Source of the DNA: a virus
Virus record (IMG/VR): IMGVR_UViG_3300021420_000021
Coordinates: 30,267-94,266 of that record
Reading direction: 5' to 3' (one strand)
DNA length: 64,000 nucleotides
A program made the translations under genes and the position numbers. Shown here one piece after another: positions 7,976 through 18,591 of the stretch (positions are counted from its first letter, which is position 1; each line of letters starts with the position of its first letter). The notes below the pieces were generated by a model. It saw nothing but the letters and a program-made list of their open reading frames with translations. It did not search any database and was not told where the DNA came from.

Positions 7976-8940
7976 CCGCTTTGAGCACAATTACGCTAGA
8001 AATGACGATGGATTGGGCGAAACGCCTTAGTTTTAACCGCAACTTTGGAATCGGTAATTCTCTTGAACCCGCGCTTACGTCTGCAAACATGGTCGCTCAG
8101 ACGATTCTTTCGCCTCCATTTGACTTCTGGTGGAATTCTCAAGAGATAAGCTTTACGTGTTCGACAGCGCCTCCGGTCGCGAACATTACAAACGTCGCGA
8201 TTACAAGTAAAATTGTAACTCTGTTGATGATAAATACGTTTGTTCAGAATGATCAAGTTTTAATCGCGTCTTTAGTGACTGCGGCGTTTCTTAATGGCGC
8301 AGTATTGACTGTTTTGACGGCATCGCCAACACAGATTACGGCTTATTTTAATCATGCCGACTATGTTTCTGCCGCCGATACAGGGACTGCAACAAAAAGC
8401 ACGACTCAAGATTATACAGTCAATATCCCTAATTTTTCTCACATCGAACATGCGTCTGTATACGATATATTTACGAACAGTCAGACGACCGGAACTGTCG
8501 GCAAGAAGTGGTGGGAACTAGAAGTAAAGAATAATCTGTCTTTAGATTCTACTCTCGGTCGGCCTCAGTTTATCAATCCGCAATTTGAAGATGTTAATAG
8601 TAACGTTACATTTCGAATGATGCCTGCGCCGAGTCAGAATTACCCTGTCGCACTTCACGTTCAGTTAGCGCCGCCGTTGTTTACGAGTTTGAATCAAACA
8701 TGGTCGCCGCTTCCTGACTTTATGCAACACATTTATTCATGGGGTTTTTTAAGTCTGATGTGGGCCTTTGCGGATGATCCGCGTGTTGGTTTCGCGAATC
8801 AAAAATTTACATCTAGTCTGCTCGCCCGCGCAGATGGGCTATCTCAAGAAGAACGCGACACGTTTCTCAACAATTGGAATATGTTGACTGGAACACAGCA
8901 ACAACAACGAGCACAAGGAACGCAGATGCGAGGTATGTAG
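7972..8940 (+). CDS. second adaptor / tail tubular A-like paralog
   Basis: STITL..., PAL..AN, PFDFWWN, QDY and PD motifs shared with 6688. Confidence 0.55.
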   Translation: MPALSTITLEMTMDWAKRLSFNRNFGIGNSLEPALTSANMVAQTILSPPFDFWWNSQEISFTCSTAPPVANITNVAITSKIVTLLMINTFVQNDQVLIASLVTAAFLNGAVLTVLTASPTQITAYFNHADYVSAADTGTATKSTTQDYTVNIPNFSHIEHASVYDIFTNSQTTGTVGKKWWELEVKNNLSLDSTLGRPQFINPQFEDVNSNVTFRMMPAPSQNYPVALHVQLAPPLFTSLNQTWSPLPDFMQHIYSWGFLSLMWAFADDPRVGFANQKFTSSLLARADGLSQEERDTFLNNWNMLTGTQQQQRAQGTQMRGM

Positions 8941-9254
8941 TGGCTCAACGACAGATCATAAATGGCGGCTTCCAGCTTCCTAACGGGTCGCCACTAGCAC
9001 TCGGGTATTTAAAAATGCGGTTAAATGTTGATGCTACGACCGGAGTAGATCAGATTGTCGCGGGCCGAGTTGTAACTGTTCCACTTGATAGTAATGGGAA
9101 TATATCTGGCGCAGTTTTAGTTTGGCCGAATGATCAGCTTATTCCAATTAATACGGTTTATGTAACTCAAGCATTTAGCGCATCAGGTCAACTATGTTGG
9201 CATGAAGAATTAAGCATTCCTTCGGGCGCAGGATCATATAGTTTGTCAGGATAA
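8940..9254 (+). CDS. virion protein, paralog of the N-terminal domain of 9263
   Basis: GTG start overlapping the upstream stop; GGFQ..G..LA.GYL.M.L, LDS.G, VW.NDQ, ASGQL. Confidence 0.65.
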   Translation: MAQRQIINGGFQLPNGSPLALGYLKMRLNVDATTGVDQIVAGRVVTVPLDSNGNISGAVLVWPNDQLIPINTVYVTQAFSASGQLCWHEELSIPSGAGSYSLSG

Positions 9255-9262
9255 GGAAATAC

Positions 9263-10447
9263 ATGTCAGCACCAACTAAGGTCCAGCTTATCGGCGGACA
9301 TTTTCAAGACCTTTCCGGAAATGTTTTAGCAAATGGTTATCTTCGGATGTTTCTTAGTTCTGATGAATTGGTAACAGGGGTCGGCTTTATTTGCAGCGGT
9401 GTTTTTGTACAAATACAATTAGATTCTGCGGGAAGTGTTGCAAGTTCAACAAGCACGCCGCCTGCTGCAAATCAGTTTGTTTGGGGCAATGATCAAATGG
9501 CCCCGACTAATAGTTATTATCGTGTTTTTGGCTATGCCGCAAGCGGGCAACTTGCTTTCGGCCCCGATAATCAGCAAGTTATCGGCAATGGCGGAACGTT
9601 CGATGTCGGTACTTGGATACCAAATTCTGTCATAAGTTGGCAACCGCCGATTCAGCCGTTAACACTTGAAGTAAACAGTGTATTAGCTGGATCACAAACG
9701 CTATTGAATCTTAACGCAGGATCAGGAATAACTTTGACCGATAATGGATCGGGTCAAGTTACTGTCGCATCTAGTCTCGCAGCGCTATTATTAGAAACGA
9801 ACGGAACGCCGAATACATCGCAGACATTATTGAATTTAGCCGCAGGTACAGGTATTACGATTACAAATCCTAGCGGCGGTGAAGTTTTGATTTCGTCTAC
9901 TACATCTGGATCACCTTCCGGATCGAATGTAATATTTATCGATGAAGCACAAAAAAATGCAGGTTCCGGATTTAATGGCGCAGCTACTGATTGTATTATT
10001 GTTCGAGTTCCTGCTAGTTCTGTAGCCGCAATAGGTAGTAAAGTCATAGTTACGATCAATTTTTCTGCGCTCGGATCAAGTTCAATAAAGATGACTCCTG
10101 TATTACGACGGACTCTTCCGGGCGGAACAGCTTTTACCGATACGACTGCAATTACATTTGGTGGCAGCGCTACGCCTACTTTTACAGGAAGTACTTTAAC
10201 GTATACATCAGACGATGTTTCTTGTACTATCGATAGTGCCCATGATAATTATTTCATATTTAATGAAACAACTGTGACAGGTACGCCCGCCTACTATACT
10301 TTTGTAGAAAATTATATTACTAAATGTAGCGGAGAAGTAACTAACGGCGTGAATTATTCTACCGTGTCATCGATACCGAGTTTACCGACTTTGCTCAGTT
10401 TGTTGTCTACACAAAGTACTCTTGTTTCAAGTATCGTAATTGGATAA
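9263..10447 (+). CDS. tail fibre/appendage protein
   Basis: Attachment-type N-terminus, repeated SQTLLNL.AG.GIT.T, S/T/G-rich beta C-terminus. Confidence 0.6.
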   Translation: MSAPTKVQLIGGHFQDLSGNVLANGYLRMFLSSDELVTGVGFICSGVFVQIQLDSAGSVASSTSTPPAANQFVWGNDQMAPTNSYYRVFGYAASGQLAFGPDNQQVIGNGGTFDVGTWIPNSVISWQPPIQPLTLEVNSVLAGSQTLLNLNAGSGITLTDNGSGQVTVASSLAALLLETNGTPNTSQTLLNLAAGTGITITNPSGGEVLISSTTSGSPSGSNVIFIDEAQKNAGSGFNGAATDCIIVRVPASSVAAIGSKVIVTINFSALGSSSIKMTPVLRRTLPGGTAFTDTTAITFGGSATPTFTGSTLTYTSDDVSCTIDSAHDNYFIFNETTVTGTPAYYTFVENYITKCSGEVTNGVNYSTVSSIPSLPTLLSLLSTQSTLVSSIVIG

Positions 10448-10456
10448 GGAAAGTAA

Positions 10457-13400
10457 ATGTCGAACGCGTTGCAGGCCGCTGGCGCTCAGCCGGACAAACA
10501 AACTAAATTCACAAATTTATATACAGGCCGTTTCTTTTCAGGAATCTGGACAAATCGTTCTCCATTACGTGATGCTGCTTCGACTCGAATAGAAGAAAAG
10601 TTTTACGGGCCACGTGGCGATGCAATGATCGCGGGATCGAACGTCGAAATTACGAATAGGCTGACTTTAGGTCGAAGACCCGGAAATCCGGTTTACGACA
10701 ATGTTAATACTTTTACTAATGTTCTGAGTTTTGACGATTTTCGTATCAGCAAGGGCTTATCTGACATTTTCGGAACGGTGACCGAACAAGTCGATACAAT
10801 GATCGACACAAGCGCTGCTCTATTTGCCGAGAATAGTGCTTTTGTTCTTCAAGGCGGCGTCAATCCAACGACAGTATTTACGAAGTCTCCCGGCGCGGGA
10901 CAAAGTTATGGAATTCAAGTCGGAAACGAATGGTATTTTGGCAACGGCGCGGATAATAAAAAGTGGCTTCAGTCTTTATTTGTTCGATCAAGTGCAAGCA
11001 ATAATGCGACTTTAAATCTTAATTCGTATCCGTTCATGGATACATTTTTGATTAGTAATCCGACGACGAATCCGCAGATTCAGCAATTAATTGGTGCCGC
11101 TGTTCAATCGGGCGCGTCAGGTTCAGTCAATAATATTAACGTCACGAACGTCGTTTTGACGAATGAAGTGTTGACACTTACGACTTCCGCCGCTCCGTTT
11201 ACGACACAGCCTATTGGCACGCAGTTTATGCTATGGGGATTTACAAATCCTGCTACGACATTTTTGAACGGTTCGACTATTACTTTGACTGTCGCTTGGT
11301 CGGGAACGACTATTACTGCGACTTGGACCGGAACGCACGCAAATATGTCGCAGGCGGATACAGCGGTCATTCAAATTGAAAAAGGTGGTACGAACTCTGT
11401 TACAAATACACTTGTACTCGGTCCTACGGTTCCGACATGGGGAACAGTTGCGCCAAGTGCCGCTAACGATTTCATGGGCAGTGTAACGATTGACGGACAG
11501 GCGATTTGGGTCAATCGTGGAATAACTGTCGAAAATTGGGGATTAGCAGCACCGACTGAAGATTTGACTTCAGGTCCGGGCGGAATTTCGTTAACTGGTG
11601 CGGCTTCAGGATTTTCTCCAAATACGTTTTTTGCTCCAGCAAGTGTATTCATAGACCCTAATGGTAATTTATGGGAAGTGACAACCGGAGGCAAATCTGG
11701 CGCAACTGAACCTGCTTGGCCCGCTTCGCCTACGTTTAGTGTAAAGCATGACATTTTTGCAGTTTCAGTCGCAGCTAACGTCGCGACTATATATTGTACG
11801 ACTTTGCCGAGTCCGGGTCAAAGTGTGCAACTTTTCGGGTTACAACAAGCGAACGGAAATGGCGGCGCGCCGAATCTCAACGGCGTGACTTTGACCGTCG
11901 CGACAACCGGAGCAAATTTCTTTACTGCGCCTTTTACGTTCTCAGGGACTTATCCGGCGACTGGTGATGGCGCGGATCAAGGATATGCTATATTTTATGG
12001 TACGACTCAAGCAGACGGAAGTGTAGTCTGGACAAGTCTGCAAAGCGCCGCATCGATGGTTTGGGCTGCGCATACGCATTATCATCAAGATGATTTTTTA
12101 GTCGCGCCTACAGGGTCGAGTACATCGTTATTTCGGTTAAGCAAGAATACGCAACCGTTTATTCAGTCTGATGGAGCGCTATTAAGTACTCTTTATCCAA
12201 CGTATAATTCAAGCCCGATAACCGGATCGTTTAACGCGATTGCAAATCCGATAACTATTAATTCTTGGGCGGATAATTCTAATCCCGCCCGAGGGTTTAA
12301 CGGCGCGTTTAGTCAATCGTATTTATCGGTTCCGACATCCGGATCAGCCGCTGTTTCTACGCCTGTTCCGGGGTCTTTATACGCCGTAACAAATTCGACA
12401 GCAGGCGGCGGACCCGAACAAAGCGGGCCGAACGTCTACTTCTTTGCCGTCAACGGCGCGGGCGAAATAGGTGCGTCAACAGATAGCGGACAAGCTCAAA
12501 ATTGGGAAGCTTCGTTTATTTGTAAAATTTACATTCCTGCTCCCGGAACTTATACGTTTTCTCTTTTACACGATGATGGTGCTTTTTTTTCATTCGATAA
12601 TATTTCTACTTCTGCGTTTTTGACTATTGGTTCGCAGACGAATGTTCCGCCAACGTTTTCCGGATCAGGCGGAAAAACTGCTATTCAAGGTTATACCGGA
12701 GTTGTCGGAAATAATAACTCCGGCGTTACTACAGATTCAGCGACTTGGAGATTTCCAACAGCAGGCGATTACACATTAGAAATTAATTGGAAAGCTTGGC
12801 AAAACGCAGAAGAGATGATTTTTACTTGCCAGAGTTTTAATCTTGCAAGCAGTCCCGACGAATCCGGAACAAATCAACCTGCTTGGCCCGCTTTTACGAC
12901 TACTGGAGCGACCGCGAGTACGACGACTGGAATTACGTTTGGTACAGGCGACGTTATCAAAGAAGCAGGCGGTCAGTATACGTGGAGCAATTTAGGTCCG
13001 ACGAGCGCATATAATGTCTGGTTTGCAAATACGACTTATACCGTGTCAGGAACGCCGATTGTTGATACGAATGGAAATGAACAGCTTCCAATTCAACCCG
13101 GCGTAACTGGATCGACTGCGCCTGTATTCAACGGGACATTGAACGGGATTACGACGATATCCGGATCAACGTTACAGTTTATCAACGCCGGAGGTGTGCC
13201 AATTCAGCCGAACACTCCGGGAAAGATTACGGCTACGAGCGCCCAAGGTTGGATTTATGGGATCGCACTTGTCAATACGTTAGATAATACTGTTTCGAAT
13301 ATTGGGCCGATAGGCCCGCCGAACAGCGCAGGCGGTGTAGGAACAGGGCCACTTATTAGCGGACAAGTTACGTTCTCTCCGGGTGCGGGATTGCCAACTG

Positions 13401-15355
13401 ATCTGACTCAAATCGATCCACAAGCTGATTACGTAGCTATTTTTAGAACGACTGACGGTTTTTCGACTTTGTTACTTATACCGAGTAACGGAAATACCGA
13501 TTATACTGTTCCGTTGACTCAGTATTTACAAAGTGGTTATGTTGATACGACGCCCGATACAGGCTTAGATACGCTCATTCAAGCTGCCGCAGCCGGAGAA
13601 AACACCCCTCCGCTACCGGGCGCGGTTAATCTGACGTATCATTTAAACCGTATTTGGTACTCAATCGGCAATACTGTATATTATACAACCGGGCCGTTAG
13701 CGCCAGTAGGAAACGGTATTAATGGAACTTCGCCATTGAACTTTGACGGTGTGACTTCTTTAATCACTCGATTAGTTCCATCTTCGATAGGCATGTTAGT
13801 GTTCACCGTTTCGGATATTTATATAATCCCGAATCAGGGCAGAACGATTCTTCCGAGTCTTCCGTATGTTCCGGGCGTAGGATTGTCGAGCTATAATGCT
13901 CTTGATATATCAGGGCCGTTAGTCGGCTTCTTTTCGACTGATCATCAGTTTATTAACTTCAATCCTAGCGCGGGCGTCAACATCGTTTCGATGCCAATTG
14001 GCGACCAGTTCCGTAAGAACACCGGACAACCGGGAACATCTTGGAACCCGAAAAATGTCTACGTCGCTTGGTATGTCAACGGCGAAGACATGGGATGGTT
14101 TGTTGCGGACGGCGTTAATGGGTGGTATAGGCTGATTAACAATCCCGCACCCGATTTCGGGCAAAGCTGGAGTCCGTTTGCCACAATTGTAAACGGCGTA
14201 AAAGCTATTAAATCTGTTGAAACCGCTCCGGGAGTACATAATTTACTTCTAGGCCCGTCTTCTTCAGCACCTATTAATCCTTCTCAGTTAGGATCAGCCG
14301 GGAATTACGCACTACTCGCGTATTCTGGAATTACAAATACAGGTTCGTCTGTCATCTTCGGGAATGTTGGTACTGTGACTGCAACGGTTACTCCGGGTGG
14401 ATGGACTCTTGTTCCGCCATCAGTCATAGATAACGCAGACGCAGCAACAGCCGAAGTCGCCGCTCTTGCCGCGTATAATTTTTACGCAGCATTGACGCCA
14501 ACGAAATCCGGGCTGTCTAATCTTTCGACAGGCGGAAACGGAAGTACAGCTTCGACCTATACAGCCGGAGTTTACGCCGGAGCGTCGAGTTTGTCGATGC
14601 CGACAGGAATTACTCTTGATGGCCAAGGTAATACTAATTCTATATTCGTATTCCAAGCCGGATCGACTGTAAATCTTGCGTCCGGACAATCGGTCAATCT
14701 TATTAACGGCGCACAAGCAAGCAACGTATTCTGGGTCGTTGGTACTTCGCTAACAACTGTTGCAACAAGTACAATGGTCGGGACAATTCTTGCTCAAATA
14801 TCTGTCACATTAGGCGGCGGAATTTTGAACGGGCGTGCTCTTGCTGGAATCGGCGGATCAAGCGGGGCGGTAACTATTTCTGCCGCAACTGCGATTACTA
14901 TTTCAGCCGGATTGCCGACAGGTTCCGGATTTATTCGATTTAGAAATCTTGATGCTTCTTCCGATGGCGGAACAGGATTGACGAACGGATTGACTTATCC
15001 TGCATACGGAGTATTCGGATCATACGTACTCGCGCAACCCGGTCAAGTCGCGCAAGTTGCATTCGTTACGACTGACTCAGTAAATACGGGAAGTCCGTTA
15101 ATTTTAGGGCTTTTGATAGACGAAGCTTTGCCTTATTTTACCGGAAGTTTTGAGATGTTGAAGAACTGGACGACCGATCCTCCGGGATTACCCGCCAGTA
15201 AATCAATTCTCGGACAACGCTTTTATTTGTCTGAGCTTCCCAATTCCGCAGCGGCGTTACGCCATATGCAAATCATGTGCCAATGGCCTAGCGAAAGTGC
15301 GCTTAATGAATTGCAGAGCTTTACGGTATTTGGCGATTATGTTCAGGAGCAGTAG
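10457..15355 (+). CDS. large tail nozzle / tubular B-like protein with PA14-like, CBM-like and DUF3494 inserts
   Basis: N-terminal NVEITNRLTLGRRPG typical of nozzle proteins; PA14-like IYIPAPGTYTFSLLHDDG (~12500-12830); DUF3494 at ~14285-14910. Confidence 0.7.
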   Translation: MSNALQAAGAQPDKQTKFTNLYTGRFFSGIWTNRSPLRDAASTRIEEKFYGPRGDAMIAGSNVEITNRLTLGRRPGNPVYDNVNTFTNVLSFDDFRISKGLSDIFGTVTEQVDTMIDTSAALFAENSAFVLQGGVNPTTVFTKSPGAGQSYGIQVGNEWYFGNGADNKKWLQSLFVRSSASNNATLNLNSYPFMDTFLISNPTTNPQIQQLIGAAVQSGASGSVNNINVTNVVLTNEVLTLTTSAAPFTTQPIGTQFMLWGFTNPATTFLNGSTITLTVAWSGTTITATWTGTHANMSQADTAVIQIEKGGTNSVTNTLVLGPTVPTWGTVAPSAANDFMGSVTIDGQAIWVNRGITVENWGLAAPTEDLTSGPGGISLTGAASGFSPNTFFAPASVFIDPNGNLWEVTTGGKSGATEPAWPASPTFSVKHDIFAVSVAANVATIYCTTLPSPGQSVQLFGLQQANGNGGAPNLNGVTLTVATTGANFFTAPFTFSGTYPATGDGADQGYAIFYGTTQADGSVVWTSLQSAASMVWAAHTHYHQDDFLVAPTGSSTSLFRLSKNTQPFIQSDGALLSTLYPTYNSSPITGSFNAIANPITINSWADNSNPARGFNGAFSQSYLSVPTSGSAAVSTPVPGSLYAVTNSTAGGGPEQSGPNVYFFAVNGAGEIGASTDSGQAQNWEASFICKIYIPAPGTYTFSLLHDDGAFFSFDNISTSAFLTIGSQTNVPPTFSGSGGKTAIQGYTGVVGNNNSGVTTDSATWRFPTAGDYTLEINWKAWQNAEEMIFTCQSFNLASSPDESGTNQPAWPAFTTTGATASTTTGITFGTGDVIKEAGGQYTWSNLGPTSAYNVWFANTTYTVSGTPIVDTNGNEQLPIQPGVTGSTAPVFNGTLNGITTISGSTLQFINAGGVPIQPNTPGKITATSAQGWIYGIALVNTLDNTVSNIGPIGPPNSAGGVGTGPLISGQVTFSPGAGLPTDLTQIDPQADYVAIFRTTDGFSTLLLIPSNGNTDYTVPLTQYLQSGYVDTTPDTGLDTLIQAAAAGENTPPLPGAVNLTYHLNRIWYSIGNTVYYTTGPLAPVGNGINGTSPLNFDGVTSLITRLVPSSIGMLVFTVSDIYIIPNQGRTILPSLPYVPGVGLSSYNALDISGPLVGFFSTDHQFINFNPSAGVNIVSMPIGDQFRKNTGQPGTSWNPKNVYVAWYVNGEDMGWFVADGVNGWYRLINNPAPDFGQSWSPFATIVNGVKAIKSVETAPGVHNLLLGPSSSAPINPSQLGSAGNYALLAYSGITNTGSSVIFGNVGTVTATVTPGGWTLVPPSVIDNADAATAEVAALAAYNFYAALTPTKSGLSNLSTGGNGSTASTYTAGVYAGASSLSMPTGITLDGQGNTNSIFVFQAGSTVNLASGQSVNLINGAQASNVFWVVGTSLTTVATSTMVGTILAQISVTLGGGILNGRALAGIGGSSGAVTISAATAITISAGLPTGSGFIRFRNLDASSDGGTGLTNGLTYPAYGVFGSYVLAQPGQVAQVAFVTTDSVNTGSPLILGLLIDEALPYFTGSFEMLKNWTTDPPGLPASKSILGQRFYLSELPNSAAALRHMQIMCQWPSESALNELQSFTVFGDYVQEQ

Positions 15356-15358
15356 CAT

Positions 15359-16084
15359 ATGCCCTCGATAAAAGATGCTGTTAACGCAAATCTCGAAGGA
15401 TATGCGCCAGCAGCAAAATTGCCTGTCATATATGAGATGATCAATAACGACAAGCCAAGGGCCAACCCTGCAATTCGTTGTCCCTTGCCGCCATTTAATC
15501 TTGATCCTGATACGTTACGTCAATTTGAAACAGGAAATTCATCGCCGCAAATTCGTGTTCTTCCTGTTCCGGCGCAAACTGGAAATACGACAACGATTAT
15601 TAAATCAGGCGGATTTATCGGAAGTATTGGAACTTCATCTTCGAGTTCTAGTTCCGGATCGGGTTCAGGCGGATCGGGCGGTTCCGGATCGAATAATCTT
15701 ACGCTTAAAAGTGTTGTTCTTACGACCGGATCGATTGCAGTCGGTGGAAGTTTTCTTGGAACAGCGCTAATGGCGAAGTCGTTTCAATTAATTTCTTTGA
15801 CTACGAATCAACCTTGCGATGTGCGAATTTACGGCGCAGCCGCAATTCAATCATTTGACGCAACTCGGGCGATAGATGCGCCCGTTCCGGCAGAAGTGTC
15901 AGATAATATTATTGCCGATGTAATTTTTGACACATTGCCGTTTACGTGGGGCTTCCAAAACGCCGCAGGCGCAAACCAAGACCTTCCGCAGAGTACAAAT
16001 GTTTATGTCAGTGTTTTAAATACCGGAAACACAACGTTGTCGCCTGTACAAGTGACGATCAGCTACGTAGCCTTAGAATCTTAG
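15359..16084 (+). CDS. virion structural protein with Ser/Gly linker
   Basis: SSSSSSSGSGSGGSGGSGS linker followed by a beta-rich domain. Confidence 0.6.
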   Translation: MPSIKDAVNANLEGYAPAAKLPVIYEMINNDKPRANPAIRCPLPPFNLDPDTLRQFETGNSSPQIRVLPVPAQTGNTTTIIKSGGFIGSIGTSSSSSSSGSGSGGSGGSGSNNLTLKSVVLTTGSIAVGGSFLGTALMAKSFQLISLTTNQPCDVRIYGAAAIQSFDATRAIDAPVPAEVSDNIIADVIFDTLPFTWGFQNAAGANQDLPQSTNVYVSVLNTGNTTLSPVQVTISYVALES

Positions 16085-16095
16085 GAGACACAACC

Positions 16096-16659
16096 GTGGG
16101 AAATCGCCAAGTCTGGCCTTCGAGCCTGTTTCCTCTTCGTGGAGATTTGAGTGCCGAAGCAGGCGCAACGACAGTCAAAGTTATCGGAATCCAAGGCACG
16201 CCCGTCTCTAACGTCGCGCCGACTACGACGAATCAGACATTGATTTATAATAGTGGGACTAATCAATACGCGCCGGGAATTCTTTTACCCGAACTCGTTG
16301 CTTCTGTCGATTTAACCCGATTACATGCAAACGCGTCCGGAACACTTTATGCGAATGCGGCAGTTTCGGGCCAATATGACATCGGCGCTTATGTAGTCTG
16401 TACACAATCGTCGTCTGTTGGCGACATTCCGGGAATTCTTATTACGTGGACCGACGCGGATACAGGAATTGTAAAAACGAATGAGATAACAAGTCCGACA
16501 GATGGAACTGTAGTTGGAAATTATAATAGCGGACTAATGCGAGTTAGCGCCGAAATTGCGACGAATATTAATTGGGCGACGACAGGATATGTCGGCTATG
16601 TCGCTTATGGCGACGTATTTTATTCGCTTCATTTGAGTTGTGTTCTTGTGTCGGTGTAG
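16096..16659 (+). CDS. virion/tail protein
   Basis: SD AGGAG plus GTG 16096; LRGDLS...VIGIQG.PVS fibre-like motif. Confidence 0.6.
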   Translation: MGNRQVWPSSLFPLRGDLSAEAGATTVKVIGIQGTPVSNVAPTTTNQTLIYNSGTNQYAPGILLPELVASVDLTRLHANASGTLYANAAVSGQYDIGAYVVCTQSSSVGDIPGILITWTDADTGIVKTNEITSPTDGTVVGNYNSGLMRVSAEIATNINWATTGYVGYVAYGDVFYSLHLSCVLVSV

Positions 16660-16666
16660 GAGGATT

Positions 16667-16900
16667 GTGAAACGATATTTGATTGTATTGGCGTTGCTTG
16701 GAACTTTATTCGCCCAAGGGCATAATAAATCGCAAGAAGTTCACGCGAATTGCTGTTTATGTCTTTGCAAAGCGCAAGACGAGACAAAGTGTTCTCGGAT
16801 GTGCATTCGGTTACAACATAGTAAGCGAATTATTTATGAAAAAGAAATGAATGAATGCACTAAAAGCTGTAAAAAACACGGAGTCATACAACTTCAGTGA
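16667..16900 (+). CDS. small Cys-rich protein with signal peptide
   Basis: SD AGGAGG plus GTG; KRYLIVLALLGTLFAQG; 8 Cys. Confidence 0.55.
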   Translation: MKRYLIVLALLGTLFAQGHNKSQEVHANCCLCLCKAQDETKCSRMCIRLQHSKRIIYEKEMNECTKSCKKHGVIQLQ

Positions 16901-16911
16901 GGGACAGCTAA

Positions 16912-17535
16912 ATGATAGAAGAAATTAAATATTGTGAGTGTGGCTGTGGGAAACCTGCGCCTATCGCAGACCGTAACGTTAAACGTAATGGATGGGTAAA
17001 AGGGCAAGCTAAACGTTTTATTCGAGGTCATGGATCGATTGCGCTATTTAAGAGTCCGCGATATGTAGAAAAAATGCAGGCTGTACTGACTGGCGCACCT
17101 AGCAAGTTACGCGGACGAAAGCAGCCGCTTGAACATCGTGCAAAGAAAATTAGATCGCTTACCGGTAAAGAGCCGATAATGAGTCCGTTTATTTCTGCTT
17201 TTATATCATTACAAAAAGGCCGTTGGATTGCAGGCGGCAAAAAACTTCATGCTCGCGCTGTGTGGGAACATTTTAACGGCCCTGTGCCAGCCGGGTTTCA
17301 TGTGCATCATAAAAATGGCGACCCATCAAAAATAGAAAGCGACAATATTGATAATCTTATGTTACTTACTGCGGAATGGAATTTACGGTTTATGCCGCAA
17401 CTAGCAGCAGGTTTTGGTATTCATGAGTCTGATGTGACAAAAGCCTATATTGAAGTCGAACATATTCCTTATAAGGATAGGTTTCCAGCAGTTTGTCGAA
17501 TATTATTAGATCAGCAGGTTGATTATGGTAAATAG
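16912..17535 (+). CDS. HNH homing endonuclease
   Basis: CECGCG...RFIRGH; HARAVWEHFNGPVPAGFHVHHKNGD...DNIDNL. Confidence 0.8.
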   Translation: MIEEIKYCECGCGKPAPIADRNVKRNGWVKGQAKRFIRGHGSIALFKSPRYVEKMQAVLTGAPSKLRGRKQPLEHRAKKIRSLTGKEPIMSPFISAFISLQKGRWIAGGKKLHARAVWEHFNGPVPAGFHVHHKNGDPSKIESDNIDNLMLLTAEWNLRFMPQLAAGFGIHESDVTKAYIEVEHIPYKDRFPAVCRILLDQQVDYGK

Positions 17536-17905
17536 TCGGCCTTTGATTGAAGATGATTTACCGACATTGCAATCTGCACTTGAAAACTCTCCGCATCCGG
17601 ATCAAAAAGTTGAGCACTATGTTGGCGATAATAAGTATTGCGAAATTTATTCTGACGAATCCGGGCCTATCGGTATTTTACGGTATACAAAAACGTTAAG
17701 ATTATGCGCGACTTGGGTAAATAACGAAGATCGGGCGAGAAACGCCGCATCGATTATTCAAGCAGTCGAAGATGCAATTGCAAAAGCAAAAGCAAACGGA
17801 TTTAGTGAAATAATTTTTCAGACCGATTCTCCTTCTTATGCAAAATTTTGTGTCGATAAGTTAGGTTTTTTAGAGAGTCGCGGTGAGTTTATTAAGTATG
17901 TGTAA
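17525..17905 (+). CDS. GNAT-fold-like protein (T7 gp13-like position)
   Basis: Precedes the ejection proteins; ends AKFCVDKLGF like GNAT motif B. Confidence 0.45.
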   Translation: MVNSRPLIEDDLPTLQSALENSPHPDQKVEHYVGDNKYCEIYSDESGPIGILRYTKTLRLCATWVNNEDRARNAASIIQAVEDAIAKAKANGFSEIIFQTDSPSYAKFCVDKLGFLESRGEFIKYV

Positions 17906-17916
17906 AGGACATCAGC

Positions 17917-18585
17917 ATGTGCGATGCCAGTAGTCAACAGAAGCAAGCGGCAGGGACATTAAATACGCTCACAAATAGTATGATGAATCAAGTTTCCCAA
18001 GTGTTCGGCAACGATCAATCAGTTTTTAATAATCTGATGAGCGCGAATCAAGGGATTGTCGCGGGCGGACCCGGACAACAAGGATTTAGTCAAGCTGAGT
18101 TAAATTCGATGAATGCTCAAGCGATTACGAATAACGCGAATCAATATCGTAATGTTGCTGGTGCTGCGAAAGCCGGACAAGCCGCAGTCGGCGGCGGAAA
18201 TACAGCATTAGCGTCTGGCGCGACTACTGCGGCAAACGAGAGTATTGCCGAACAAGCGGCTGCGAATACGTCTAATCAGTTAGCCGGGATAACGCAAGCC
18301 AATTACGCGCAAGGCAATCAAAACTTCTGGCGAGCGCAACAAGGCGAACAAGGCGCTGCTGGAACGTTCAATAACATGGCGTCTCTTGATAGCGCGGCTT
18401 CGAATACAGCGAATCAAAATTTACAAGCGCAGACTCAGATCGGCAATGCTGCAAATTGGTGGCAGAAACCTGTTATGGGGTTAGTTAGTGCAGGAGCAAA
18501 TCTCGCTTCAGGCGGCATTAGCGGCGTTGCTGGAAGTGCTTTAGACATGGCTTCTAACGCGACTTCAAACATGGCAGGGGCTTAG
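17917..18585 (+). CDS. internal virion / ejection protein 1
   Basis: MC start, Ala/Gln/Asn/Gly-rich, podoviral gene order. Confidence 0.6.
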   Translation: MCDASSQQKQAAGTLNTLTNSMMNQVSQVFGNDQSVFNNLMSANQGIVAGGPGQQGFSQAELNSMNAQAITNNANQYRNVAGAAKAGQAAVGGGNTALASGATTAANESIAEQAAANTSNQLAGITQANYAQGNQNFWRAQQGEQGAAGTFNNMASLDSAASNTANQNLQAQTQIGNAANWWQKPVMGLVSAGANLASGGISGVAGSALDMASNATSNMAGA

Positions 18586-18591
18586 GAGCAT

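Noticed and set aside
7671-8030. Intact 119-aa endonuclease gene
   Set aside because: The N-terminal part is an off-frame overlap of the adaptor gene; only the C-terminal nuclease motif is real, so it is treated as a remnant
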